From positions 192,001 through 256,000 of the forward strand of contig CAXXKT010000003.1 of assembly GCA_963662405.2 (NCBI GenBank): a stretch of DNA of 64,000 nt. The letters are read 5' to 3'. The stretch comes from Syntrophales bacterium. GTDB taxonomy: Bacteria; Desulfobacterota; Syntrophia; Syntrophales; UBA2210. Shown one piece after another: positions 40,320 through 50,268 of the stretch (position 1 is the stretch's first letter; each line of letters opens with the position of its first letter). Position numbers and translations under genes: made by a program. Below the pieces are notes generated by a model. That model made no database searches. It saw only the letters and a program-made list of their open reading frames with translations, and was not told where the DNA came from.

Positions 40320-43300
40320 GTGTCGCTAAGCACAAACCTCATCAGTGGCCTTGCCACCGGCTTTGACTGGCGGAGCATGATCGATCAACTTGTCGCTATT
40401 GATTATGAACGGGTTGAACTCGTCGAAAACAAGGTGACCGAATATGAAGGGAAACTTGCCGAATGGCAGTCCTTCAATACCATGCTGCTTTCACTGAAAA
40501 CATCTGCTGAAAACCTGAAAGACACCGACGATTTCGCACGGTATACGACAAGAATGACCACCGACAACACGGATGTGAGTGCCTCCGATCTGCTCTCGGT
40601 TTCCGCTTCTTCATCTGCGGCCGAGGGCGTTTACTCCATTGTGGTGAAAGAAACGGCGTCGGCGCAACGGCTCTCGTCGGATTCCTTCTCAGATGCCACG
40701 GAGGCCCTGGGAGAATCTTATGCCGGTGACATCATAATCAACGGGTGCGTTATTACCATCGATGCTGCGGACAGCCTGACCAACATCATGGACAGTATCA
40801 ACAACGCGAACAGCGGAAGTAACCCCTGTGGTGTTACCGCCAGTATAGTCAGCTACAGCGACAGCGATTACCGGTTGGCATTGAACAGTGACGGCACGGG
40901 TGAGGACGGCATCAGCCTTTTGAACGGGAGTTCAACCGATATACTGAACGCCCTCGGGTTCATCGACAGCTCACGGGCCGTCAAGAATCATATCGCCGGC
41001 GGCGACAAGAGCGATACCTTTGCCAGCTCCATCATCTCCGTGCAAACCCTTCTGGGACTGAATGAGGCGCAGACATCGTCGGCGAGCGGGATCGAGATCA
41101 ACGGCGCCGGTATCGCCGCCATCGATCTTTCCACGGACACGCTCACGACGATCGCACAAAAGTTCGTCGCCGCGGGCATCGATGCATCGGTGATCACGGA
41201 AACGGTTGACGGTGAGGTGAACTACCGCATTTTCATAGAGGGAGGCGCCAACAGCTACGTCGATGAAAATAATATCCTGGAAACCCTGGGGATCATAGAA
41301 GGAGGGCTTTCCGATGTCATGGGTATCGAGAGCGATGTCGAAAATACCTCGGCGGGAGAGGCAATCACGGAGGAGACCCTGATATCCGAAATCGACGGCT
41401 ACACCGGATACGCGGCGGGCGATTACATCTACCTGAACGGAACCAAAACCGACGGCACGTCGGCGGGACTTCCCGATACCAGCCTTATCCTTTCCGACAC
41501 CACCACGGTGGGAGACCTCCTCGACCGGATCGAGACCCTCTTCGGCGATGTGACGGCGTCCGTCACCGGGGACGGCACGATTCAAATCGTGGACAACGGA
41601 TCGGGGGCAAGTACCCTGGCGGTCCAGATATCGGTAAAGAACTCAGGAGGGTCGGATGAGACCACCCTTTCCTTTGACGGCGACGGCGATATGGGAGCGG
41701 CGGTCTCTGTACGGGCGCGGGAAACCGTCGCGGGGACCGATGCATCGATTACCATCGACGGCGTGGCGATCACCAGTTCCGAAAACACCATTTCCGGTGC
41801 GCTCACCGGGGTTGATATCGATCTTTCAAAGGCCGACGAAGAGACCACCATTACACTCAACGTCACCCGCAACACCAGCGCCATTACTTCGAAAATCAAC
41901 TCCTTCGTCAGCAGCTACAACAGCGTCATGTCCTACATCAATGAACAGCAGGCCTACGATGAGGAGGAAGAAACAACGGGCGGGGTCCTCTTCGGCGACG
42001 GGACCCTTTCATCGGTGAAGACGGATCTGACGACAACCCTCCTGGAAACGGTATGGGGGGTATCCTCTGAGTTTTCCATAATGGGCCTCGCCGGTATCAA
42101 TGTCGATAAAGACGGCCTCCTCTCGGTCGATTCCGCCACGCTGAACGAGTATCTGGATACCAACTATAACGACATCAAGCTCCTCTTTGTGGCAAACGGC
42201 ACCGTCGGCGGATCGGACCTCGAATATATCTCCAGCAACGGCGACAGCACCGCCGGCGAATATACCGTTCATGTCGACCAGATTGCCACAAAGGCGAGCC
42301 GGACGGGGAGCGTCGATCTTTCGGGCGGACTTGCCGAAGATGTCACCCTTTCCATCACAGAATCGGGAAACACGGCGTATATCGAATTGACGGCGGGGAT
42401 GACCCTTGAGGAGATAATCGACACAATCAATACTGAAGCGGAAGATACCGTCGTGGAAACCCTGGTGGGGGCGGTTTCGCTCTACGAAGGATCGGGACGG
42501 AGCAGCGCCCTGACCGAGCAGACAACCTGGGAGGACGTATATGTCGGGGGCAATTCGGCCAATCTCCAGGATGGTGATATAATCACCTTTTCCGGGACCG
42601 ACCGATCGGGAGCCTCCGTTTCGGGTACCTACACGATTTCCGATACGTCCTCCGATACCGTTCAGGGTCTGCTCACGGTCGTAGAGGAAGCCTTTGACGG
42701 ATCGGTCACCGCCTCGATTGATGCGTCTGGTCGGATCTCCATCTCCGACACCGCCGAAGGGTCGAGCCAGCTCAGCCTTGCCTTCGATTATTCCGATGCC
42801 CATCAGCTGACCTTCGGTACCGTCGATGCAACCGAAGGAGCCGATGACGGCAGCGCGGAAGGACGCTGGGCCGTTCCCGTGACCGCATCCGACGACGGGA
42901 GCGGCCACCTGGTCCTCACCCATGAAAACTACGGGAGCACCATCGGCTTTTCGGTTTCGGTAACCGGTGCCACGACCATTCAGGAGATCAGTGTTTCCGA
43001 CACCACCGTGGCAACGTCGGCGTCATCGGGTGAAATCTTTTCCGACGGATCGACGACATGGAACGATCTCTTCGACACCACAGTGGGCGAAACCGACACC
43101 ATCACCATCGCCGGCACCACCCACGACGGCACGGAGGTGGGTCCGCAGAGTTACAGTCTTTACAATGCCGGTGCCTTCCAGGATATCGACAGTCTGCTGA
43201 CCGCAATCGAAGCCGCCTTCACCACTGCGGGGGGATCGGTGGACGCCCGCATCGATGACGGAAAGATCATCGTGGAAGACCTGGAAACGGGGGACGGCAA

Positions 43301-43829
43301 CCTGTCGCTTATCCTGACCTGCAATAACGAGGGGGAAGATTCCGACCTCGATCTGGGCCTGTTCGACGGGGATGCCACGGAACAGCACGATCTGACGCTG
43401 GGGCTCATCAGCGGTATCGAGTACGGTCTCGATGTCGCAGGCACCATCGACGGGGAAATCGCCTCCGGATCGGGCCGGATCCTGAAGGCGACAACGGGAC
43501 TTGCCGAGGGGATCAGCGTCAAATACACGGGGACCGACACCGGTGTCGATGTGGGAACGGTCAAGCTGACCACCGGTGTGGCCGAGCTCTTCGACCGGGT
43601 CCTTGAAGGTATTACCGATCCCATCGACGGTTATGTGGCCTTCAAGCAGGAATCCCTCAGCAACAGCGTCGATTCCTTTGAGGATCAGATCGATCGCATG
43701 ACCGAACTGCTGAACCAGAAGATGGAACGAATGATCAACCAGTTCGTGGCTATGGAACTGGCGATCAGTCAGATCCAGACGTCGAGTGAGTGGCTGTCCA
43801 GTCAACTTGAAGCACTGAATCGTCGTTGA
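40320..43829 (+). CDS. fliD: Flagellar filament cap protein, unusually large (~1170 aa)
   Basis: ISGLATGFDWRSMIDQL N-terminus; FVSSYNSV, GVLFGD, QFVAMELAISQIQ C-terminus; GTG 40320 after AAGGAG. Confidence 0.92.
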   Translation: MSLSTNLISGLATGFDWRSMIDQLVAIDYERVELVENKVTEYEGKLAEWQSFNTMLLSLKTSAENLKDTDDFARYTTRMTTDNTDVSASDLLSVSASSSAAEGVYSIVVKETASAQRLSSDSFSDATEALGESYAGDIIINGCVITIDAADSLTNIMDSINNANSGSNPCGVTASIVSYSDSDYRLALNSDGTGEDGISLLNGSSTDILNALGFIDSSRAVKNHIAGGDKSDTFASSIISVQTLLGLNEAQTSSASGIEINGAGIAAIDLSTDTLTTIAQKFVAAGIDASVITETVDGEVNYRIFIEGGANSYVDENNILETLGIIEGGLSDVMGIESDVENTSAGEAITEETLISEIDGYTGYAAGDYIYLNGTKTDGTSAGLPDTSLILSDTTTVGDLLDRIETLFGDVTASVTGDGTIQIVDNGSGASTLAVQISVKNSGGSDETTLSFDGDGDMGAAVSVRARETVAGTDASITIDGVAITSSENTISGALTGVDIDLSKADEETTITLNVTRNTSAITSKINSFVSSYNSVMSYINEQQAYDEEEETTGGVLFGDGTLSSVKTDLTTTLLETVWGVSSEFSIMGLAGINVDKDGLLSVDSATLNEYLDTNYNDIKLLFVANGTVGGSDLEYISSNGDSTAGEYTVHVDQIATKASRTGSVDLSGGLAEDVTLSITESGNTAYIELTAGMTLEEIIDTINTEAEDTVVETLVGAVSLYEGSGRSSALTEQTTWEDVYVGGNSANLQDGDIITFSGTDRSGASVSGTYTISDTSSDTVQGLLTVVEEAFDGSVTASIDASGRISISDTAEGSSQLSLAFDYSDAHQLTFGTVDATEGADDGSAEGRWAVPVTASDDGSGHLVLTHENYGSTIGFSVSVTGATTIQEISVSDTTVATSASSGEIFSDGSTTWNDLFDTTVGETDTITIAGTTHDGTEVGPQSYSLYNAGAFQDIDSLLTAIEAAFTTAGGSVDARIDDGKIIVEDLETGDGNLSLILTCNNEGEDSDLDLGLFDGDATEQHDLTLGLISGIEYGLDVAGTIDGEIASGSGRILKATTGLAEGISVKYTGTDTGVDVGTVKLTTGVAELFDRVLEGITDPIDGYVAFKQESLSNSVDSFEDQIDRMTELLNQKMERMINQFVAMELAISQIQTSSEWLSSQLEALNRR

Positions 43830-43878
43830 TGGTGTGCGGGTTGATAACCTGAAAATGTAACGGAGAGGAAAACGATTT

Positions 43879-44325
43879 ATGTACGGAAGCAACAGCGGGA
43901 TCAATATGTACAGGCGAGCGCATGTCACAACGGCAGACCCCTTGAAACTGGTGGTGATGTGCTATGAGGGAGCGGTCAAGAACATGAAGACGGCGCGGGA
44001 AAAACACCTTTCCGGGGAATATGAGGCCAAGGGAAAGGCGATCCTGAAGGTCCATGATATACTCGGGCTCCTCATGCAATCCCTCGACTTCGAGAAGGGA
44101 GGGGAGGTGGCCCGGAATCTGAACGATCTGTATATCTATATGCAGCGGCGCATCACCGAAGGGGATCTGAAACGGGATTTGAAGGCCTTCGATGAGGTGA
44201 TCTCCATGCTCGAGAAGCTCGCGTCGGGGTGGAAAGAGAACGATTCGGCCCGGCTGAATCATGACACGAATCCCGAACCGGCCCCTCCCAGGGAAGAGGG
44301 AGTCAGGATAGCCGGAGCGTATTGA
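43879..44325 (+). CDS. fliS: Flagellin chaperone FliS
   Basis: VTTADPLKLVVMCYEGA, SLDFEKGGEVARNLNDLYIYM. Confidence 0.95.
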   Translation: MYGSNSGINMYRRAHVTTADPLKLVVMCYEGAVKNMKTAREKHLSGEYEAKGKAILKVHDILGLLMQSLDFEKGGEVARNLNDLYIYMQRRITEGDLKRDLKAFDEVISMLEKLASGWKENDSARLNHDTNPEPAPPREEGVRIAGAY

Positions 44326-44326
44326 T

Positions 44327-44776
44327 ATGCAGGCACGGAAACTGTGCGATCTATTGGAGCAGAAGCGGGAGGCCTTCGAAGGGTTTCTCTCGGCGACCCA
44401 GTCACTCGGGGTGGTGCCCGATTTTCAGAATAACAGAAAGGAGATCTCACTGCTCCTGAATGAGCGTCGGAAGTGCATCAAGATGATTGACCGGATTGAC
44501 GGGCAGATCAACACCATCCGGAAAGAATCCCCTTCTTTCATGTCACGACTGTCGAAGGAGGAAAAAAAACGGATCGCCCGTATCACGGCACTGATCGGGA
44601 AAGTTGCGGTGAACGCGGAACGGATCAACAGGGAATGTGAAGCGACCGTTACGCGGTGGCGCGATGATTTCAAGGGGAGCATCGACGCCCTTCGCCGGAG
44701 TCAACTCAGTATCCGCTCCAACACACGCAAGGCGTATCGGGAAGACCAACCGAAATTTTTGGATATTACGCTCTAA
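44327..44776 (+). CDS. Helical flagellar chaperone-like protein (FliT/FlgN-like)
   Basis: Directly after fliS, coiled-coil character, C-terminal PKFLD. Confidence 0.55.
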   Translation: MQARKLCDLLEQKREAFEGFLSATQSLGVVPDFQNNRKEISLLLNERRKCIKMIDRIDGQINTIRKESPSFMSRLSKEEKKRIARITALIGKVAVNAERINRECEATVTRWRDDFKGSIDALRRSQLSIRSNTRKAYREDQPKFLDITL

Positions 44777-44780
44777 CCGT

Positions 44781-44807
44781 TAAAGTTTGTACGAAAAATG
44801 TCGATAT
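44781..44807 (+). promoter_or_regulatory. Putative sigma28 promoter of flaG
   Basis: TAAAGTTT-N11-GTCGATAT. Confidence 0.75.
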
Positions 44808-44849
44808 TACAGGTAAGGAAGAATAACGGTATGTAAAGGACGTGGCGTT

Positions 44850-45194
44850 ATGGACGTTACCAGTAGTGGAACCGGCATCCAGGTGTCGATGCCCGTTGAC
44901 GCGTCTTCCCCCCAACAGGTGGGGGCGGTGGCTCAGCGGTCGAACGCGGAGAACTCACCCGACCAATCACCCCGGCTCGCTCAGGAAGAAGCTGAGGAGG
45001 TGCGGGAACACGCGAACAGTAGGGACGTAAGCCTCTCCTTTTCCACCTATGGCAAGAAGAACGAGAAGATCTCGGTCAAGGTCATCGATAAGGAGACGGG
45101 CGAGGTTATACGAGAGGTCCCTTCGGAAGAACTCCAGCAGTTATCCGGCAAGTTGGAGGAGATTGCGGGCATGGTCTTTGATGGGACGGTGTAG
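44850..45194 (+). CDS. flaG: Flagellar protein FlaG
   Basis: LSFS..ISVKVIDKETGEVIREVPSEE..GMVFD. Confidence 0.9.
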   Translation: MDVTSSGTGIQVSMPVDASSPQQVGAVAQRSNAENSPDQSPRLAQEEAEEVREHANSRDVSLSFSTYGKKNEKISVKVIDKETGEVIREVPSEELQQLSGKLEEIAGMVFDGTV

Positions 45195-45211
45195 CGCTTT
45201 TTCACGGGTGC

Positions 45212-45808
45212 TCATTCCCGTTCTTTCATGTCCGAGTTCACACGGAGCAATTCTCTCTGACGTTTGAATACGTATCTGATGATCATCTCTCGGTCGCCTT
45301 CGGACAGCCCGACAAAGTGGACAGCGATGCTGTAGCCGTTCTCCGCGGCGAGTTTCTTTGATGAGACCACCTTTCCCAGTACCGTTATCCAGGTGCTTGA
45401 GACCAGGGGAAGGAAGATCCTCAGCGCAAGGATGTCGCCGATCGCGAATGACTGATCCGCGGTGAATCTCATCCCGGAACCGCTGATATTGACATATTCA
45501 GTCCCGACGGATGCGTATCGGGCGGTGGTGTCCGTGCTTTCAAGTATTTCCAGGATACGGTCCATCTTCAGGTTTGCCTGATATATCAACTTGTAGAGGA
45601 GTTCGAGCGTGATCTCTTCGATCTCGGGCGCTCTCAGGGGCTCCCCGAAGATCCGTTTGCAGATGCCTTCACAGTTCCCCTCGTATTTCTGATAGTCCTG
45701 TTGTAACACGTGTTGGTAGTCGACCCGGAGCAGGTCGTCCACCCGCATGTATTTTCGTTGTTTGTTATCGTTCCTCGATCTTTCCCACAGCTGTTTTACA
45801 TCGATCAT
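45212..45808 (-). CDS. PilZ-domain protein
   Basis: QRKYMR (RxxxR) and NISGSG (D/NxSxxG) motifs; DREMIIRYVFKRQRE. Confidence 0.85.
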   Translation of the reverse strand: MIDVKQLWERSRNDNKQRKYMRVDDLLRVDYQHVLQQDYQKYEGNCEGICKRIFGEPLRAPEIEEITLELLYKLIYQANLKMDRILEILESTDTTARYASVGTEYVNISGSGMRFTADQSFAIGDILALRIFLPLVSSTWITVLGKVVSSKKLAAENGYSIAVHFVGLSEGDREMIIRYVFKRQRELLRVNSDMKERE

Positions 45809-45988
45809 GACTGACGACCTCTCCCCTTTCAAAAGGGCTCGCTTGTGCGGGGGTGGTGTCAATTTTATGTCACCCTCCGCCGTCGTTATCCCCCGAGGCC
45901 CTCGAGGATAACGGATCGCGTTCCTCCGTCCGCAGCGCTCACAGGCCCCGATTCTGTTTTGGCTTATTTTCTTCGGGAATCAAGGAGA

Positions 45989-46004
45989 AGCATTTTTTGT
46001 GCCA
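45989..46004 (-). promoter_or_regulatory. Putative sigma54 promoter of the PilZ gene
   Basis: Minus strand TGGCAC-AAAAA-ATGCT. Confidence 0.5.
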
Positions 46005-46091
46005 TCTCTTCATGCTTGTGAAATACCCCGTACGGGAAGTGGCTTGTGATCCGACTCCGTTTTTTGGCGGGCGGGTGCTCCGGCGGCTTTT

Positions 46092-47147
46092 CTAGCAGTA
46101 AAGCGCTCGGCAGGTTGGTATAAATACGCCGACAATTTCCTTGTCGAACTGACTGCTCCGATTCCGATACAGTTCGCCCATCGCCACGTCTATGTCCAGT
46201 GCTTCTCGATAGGGGCGATTCGAAATCATGGCGTCGAAGGAGTCCGCCACGCTGAGGATCCGTGAGAGAAAGGGAATTTCTTCTCCCGCAAGTCCGTCGG
46301 GGTATCCCTTCCCGTCCCACCGCTCGTGATGATGGCGGATGATCTTTCTCTCGGTGTCCATAAGCATGACCGGTTTCAGTATGTCTTCCCCGATAAGCGG
46401 GTGTCTCTTGATGACGGTATATTCTTCATGTGTCAGGCGACCGTTCTTGAGGAGTATATTGTCCGGTATGGCGATCTTCCCGACGTCATGCAACATGGCG
46501 GCGATCCTGAGGGATTCGATCTCCTTTTCAGAGCAGTGCAGGGCCTCGGCGGTCTTGACGGCGAGGTGAGAGACATTCGCCGAATGCCTCTTGGTATAGT
46601 GATCGCGGAGATGGATTGACGTGATCAGCGATTGAAAGGTGTCGGTGGTATTGGAATAGACACTCTCGTACAGGATTTTGTTCTCCATGTTCAGAGAGGA
46701 TCGTTTCGTCAGCGTGCGAATATACCGCAGATCCGACTGGTTCAATCTCTTTCCGTCTTTCCCGCCAACCAGGCTCAGAACGCCGAAGACGGTCCCCCGT
46801 ATCTTGAGCGGGGCGCAGATGGCGGAGGAGGTCAAAGGGGTATCGGGACCGACAAGAATCGCCTCTCCCCCCTCGACGACTTCTTCGAACAATATATTCA
46901 GGTCAGGGGGAATATGGACATCCTTTTGCTCATCCGATGACCTTCCGACCACCTTGAAACGCCCCCGCCCTTCTCTCCCGTCGAGGAGGGCAAGGAGACA
47001 TTCTTGCCCCCCGGTCACCTGGAGAGCAAGGGAAGCAATCTCCTGGAAGATATCATCATTCTCATCGGTCATGCCCTCGATTGAGTCGTAGATGTACTCC
47101 AGTGTGAACAGGGTCTCGATGGCATTGGTCAAACCTGTGTCATTCAT
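46092..47147 (-). CDS. GAF + HD-GYP c-di-GMP phosphodiesterase
   Basis: SAICAPLKIRGTVFGVL (GAF); LHDVGKI, HHHERWDGKGYPDGL, VADSFDAM..RPYR. Confidence 0.9.
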   Translation of the reverse strand: MNDTGLTNAIETLFTLEYIYDSIEGMTDENDDIFQEIASLALQVTGGQECLLALLDGREGRGRFKVVGRSSDEQKDVHIPPDLNILFEEVVEGGEAILVGPDTPLTSSAICAPLKIRGTVFGVLSLVGGKDGKRLNQSDLRYIRTLTKRSSLNMENKILYESVYSNTTDTFQSLITSIHLRDHYTKRHSANVSHLAVKTAEALHCSEKEIESLRIAAMLHDVGKIAIPDNILLKNGRLTHEEYTVIKRHPLIGEDILKPVMLMDTERKIIRHHHERWDGKGYPDGLAGEEIPFLSRILSVADSFDAMISNRPYREALDIDVAMGELYRNRSSQFDKEIVGVFIPTCRALYC

Positions 47148-47181
47148 AAGATCGATCCCGGGAAATGTGGTTGGTGTCCGT

Positions 47182-47394
47182 TTAAGCGGATTCACCGCTC
47201 CTGAGCAGGGTATCCAGCAGGCTGTATGAAATCTTCTCGAAGGCCTCTTTTTTGTTCCCACCGGATGATGACAAGGTCACCACATCGGTATATCTTCCGG
47301 GATCCTCACGCTCCGGCCGTACCGGATTGCCCGGCTTCGACTGCTTGCCGTACGCCTTGAGAACACTCTCGACATGATATGTCGATATCGTCAC
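47182..47394 (-). CDS. Small protein resembling the DVU0524-type FlgM-associated family
   Basis: MTISTYHVESVLKAYGKQ..DVVTLS; own sigma28 promoter and GGAG SD. Confidence 0.6.
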   Translation of the reverse strand: MTISTYHVESVLKAYGKQSKPGNPVRPEREDPGRYTDVVTLSSSGGNKKEAFEKISYSLLDTLLRSGESA

Positions 47395-47441
47395 GCTATA
47401 TTCTCCCTGTGGATAGTGTCGGGTTCACCCTCTTACTTGGC

Positions 47442-47468
47442 TAATCGGCATCGGGATGCTAATCTTTA
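47442..47468 (-). promoter_or_regulatory. Putative sigma28 promoter
   Basis: Minus strand TAAAGATT-N11-GCCGATTA. Confidence 0.8.
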
Positions 47469-47521
47469 GATAAATACGCCTTTTCTTGTAGTGAGGTGCG
47501 GAAATCCCCGAGAGAAACACG

Positions 47522-47537
47522 TGGTATATAAATTGCT
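47522..47537 (+). promoter_or_regulatory. Putative sigma54 promoter
   Basis: TGGTAT-ATAAA-TTGCT. Confidence 0.65.
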
Positions 47538-47567
47538 TTGTGCTGAAAGGGCATACAAAACAAGACC

Positions 47568-50174
47568 ATGACTGTGACGGTGATGATGTTGCTCAGACGA
47601 AAGATACGATATAATAACCTGTTTTTCCTTGCTTTGGGAATATGCCTCATCATTGTGCCCTGTGCCGAGGGTTCCGTCGAGGAGGGATGCTACAGCGTTC
47701 AAGTGGCCTCCTATCGGAATATTGACGGTGCGATGTCACTGATCACGCTCCTCAAAAAACAGGGGTATAATCCCTTCCCCCGGACGGTCGAGATCCCCGG
47801 TAAAGGGGAGTGGAAACGTGTCTGCGTGGGGAGGTATCGAACCCGGGAAGAGGCGCTCCGGGCCGGTGAAACGCTGAGAGAACGGGGGATAATCAACCAT
47901 TTCCTGATCGTCCAGGTTGCTCTGGAGACAAGGGTATCCGTGCCGAACGAAAAGACAGCGGCGAAGAAGCCTGTAATCGAAACAGGGACCAATACCGGAG
48001 CCGACGCCGATGCCGATGCAACGATCAAGATCACGGCCGATACGATTACCAGGACCCATGCCGATACCGGGATCGCTCCGGGTACACGCATGACGATTTC
48101 ACCCTTGCCCCCCGTTCTGTTACGGAAAAAGATCTCCGCCGCTCCCGCTTCTCCGGAAAGCGAAGCGGTCACCGGAAAAACGGCAAAGGCCGACCCTTCT
48201 CCTCGGGGGACGGTGAAGGGCATGGCCCAGGATCTCCGCACCGGCGCCCTGGAGGATTTCGCATCCGGAAGGTATGAGGAGGCATTGCGCAAGTTCAGGA
48301 AGGTCGTCGTGACCGGGAAAGGGAAAGATGAAACCATCCTGAGGCGTATGGCCGATTGCCATTATTTCCTGGGGGAAGAGGGTGATACGGAGCATACCTC
48401 GAAGGCTATCGATTCCTATCGGGAGATTATCCGCGCTTATCCCGGCAATAATCCTGAGAATGCCCGTGTTACCTATCGACTGGCTGACGGGTACCGCCGT
48501 TTGAACCTCCAATACGAGGCGCTCGCCGAGTTCAAGAACAGCTACCTCAACTATCCCGAATCGGAATATACCCCGGAATCGTTATACCTGATGGCTTCCA
48601 TAACGTATGAGGCAAAGAGATTTGATGAGGCGGTCGAGCTGTTCAAAGAGTACATAAAACGGTTTCCAAAAGGCACTCATATCAAAGAGGCCTATTTTCG
48701 TGTGGGAGATTGCTATTCCCGGATGCGCCAATTTCATGACGCTGATGTCTGGTATAATAACGCCCTGAAACGGTGGCCCGTCTTAGAGGAAGTCCCCCGG
48801 GACGCACTCCTGCGGTTGGGTGAATACCGTTTTCAGATCGGCCGCTACGATGATGCGGCGGAGATCCTCTTGACCTACCTGAACCTCTTCCCCGAGGGGG
48901 ACCATGCCAAAAATGCCCTCTACACGGTCGCGCGTTCTTATGAGCAGACGGATCGGATTCCCTCCGCCCTGAAGATTTTCAGTTTGGTGATCGAACGGTA
49001 TCCGGGAAGCAGTGAGGCAAAAGAGAGCGCGCTCGCCATGGCCAACATGGGGGTTGAGAGGCCGGGAATACCGGTTCCGGAACATATCTTTGCCGGAATG
49101 GACTGTTACCGTGATCCGATCGAGGCATATGACGAGATGGCGGGGACCTTTTCTGACCCGAAGATGAGAGAGGAAGCGATGTCCCGGAAGGTGTCCGCCC
49201 TCATGAAAGGGGGGCGGTACCGGGAGGCCTTCGATGCGGGATGTCTGCTCCTGACGATCTTTCCCAAGGGAAAACACCGGAAGGCGGGAAAGGAACAGCT
49301 GATTGTCGCGGCGGGAAACCTGATAGACGGCCATTATACGAAGGGGGATTATATCGCCGTTGTTGACCTGTACTTCAATCTCGACAAGGATGTGCTGTTC
49401 GAGAAAGGGGGCTTTGAGATGCTGTCTCAAATCGGCAGGAGCCTGAAGGAGATGGATCTGTTGGATGAGGCAGCCGAATTTTTCGAGAAGATGGCCCTCG
49501 CCGTGAAGGACGATCCAAAGAGTCGCATCCTTTCCGTCGAGATGGCCCGAATCGATTATGAGAGAGGTCGATATTCGGATGCGAAACAGCGGCTGCAGGC
49601 CGTAATCGAAAAATGGCCCGAAATCGACAACGGGACGACCATGACCGCCCGGAGAGTAATGGGCGATATCGCCTATGCGGAAGAATCCTATAAAAAAGCC
49701 GCAGGGTACTACTCCGTGGTCCTCGGTTCCGGGAAAGACCCTGCCGCAGAGATGACCGTCCGCAAACGGTATGCCGATGTCCTGAGAGAGATGGGGATGT
49801 ATGCCTCCGCGTTGGTGAACTACCGGAGGGTCGTCACCGGATGCGACGATACCGTCGGGTGTTGTCCTCTCCCCGTGGTGATGAATTCGTATGAGGGCTT
49901 GGGGGATTGCCTGTACCGGAAAGGACAGTATCGGCAGGCAATACGAATGTACCTGCAGTCTCTGGACGGTATCCCCGCGGAAGAACGAAACCGGTGGACT
50001 ATCGCTGATATCGGGCGAGGATACGCTCATTTGGGCGGTACGAGCGTCCCCGGTGAACAGCCGATTTCACTCCAAACGGAAGCCGACGATCCGTTTTGGT
50101 CTCGGGTGATGGATTATTACCGGGCCGATAGCGATTGGACCGACAAATATGGCCCCTACATTCGGGACTCCTAG
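47568..50174 (+). CDS. Exported SPOR-domain + multi-TPR protein
   Basis: Signal/TM segment; YSVQVASYR..GKGEWKRVCVGRY (SPOR); many TPRs (YPESEY, FPKGTH, YPGSSEA). Confidence 0.82.
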   Translation: MTVTVMMLLRRKIRYNNLFFLALGICLIIVPCAEGSVEEGCYSVQVASYRNIDGAMSLITLLKKQGYNPFPRTVEIPGKGEWKRVCVGRYRTREEALRAGETLRERGIINHFLIVQVALETRVSVPNEKTAAKKPVIETGTNTGADADADATIKITADTITRTHADTGIAPGTRMTISPLPPVLLRKKISAAPASPESEAVTGKTAKADPSPRGTVKGMAQDLRTGALEDFASGRYEEALRKFRKVVVTGKGKDETILRRMADCHYFLGEEGDTEHTSKAIDSYREIIRAYPGNNPENARVTYRLADGYRRLNLQYEALAEFKNSYLNYPESEYTPESLYLMASITYEAKRFDEAVELFKEYIKRFPKGTHIKEAYFRVGDCYSRMRQFHDADVWYNNALKRWPVLEEVPRDALLRLGEYRFQIGRYDDAAEILLTYLNLFPEGDHAKNALYTVARSYEQTDRIPSALKIFSLVIERYPGSSEAKESALAMANMGVERPGIPVPEHIFAGMDCYRDPIEAYDEMAGTFSDPKMREEAMSRKVSALMKGGRYREAFDAGCLLLTIFPKGKHRKAGKEQLIVAAGNLIDGHYTKGDYIAVVDLYFNLDKDVLFEKGGFEMLSQIGRSLKEMDLLDEAAEFFEKMALAVKDDPKSRILSVEMARIDYERGRYSDAKQRLQAVIEKWPEIDNGTTMTARRVMGDIAYAEESYKKAAGYYSVVLGSGKDPAAEMTVRKRYADVLREMGMYASALVNYRRVVTGCDDTVGCCPLPVVMNSYEGLGDCLYRKGQYRQAIRMYLQSLDGIPAEERNRWTIADIGRGYAHLGGTSVPGEQPISLQTEADDPFWSRVMDYYRADSDWTDKYGPYIRDS

Positions 50175-50268
50175 ACGAACGAGGACACGGGGAAAGACAA
50201 TAAGTGCGTGGTTGTCCCCCGGAAACGGGACTGTTCGCATCTGCCGGTTTCATTGATTTGAGCGAGTT

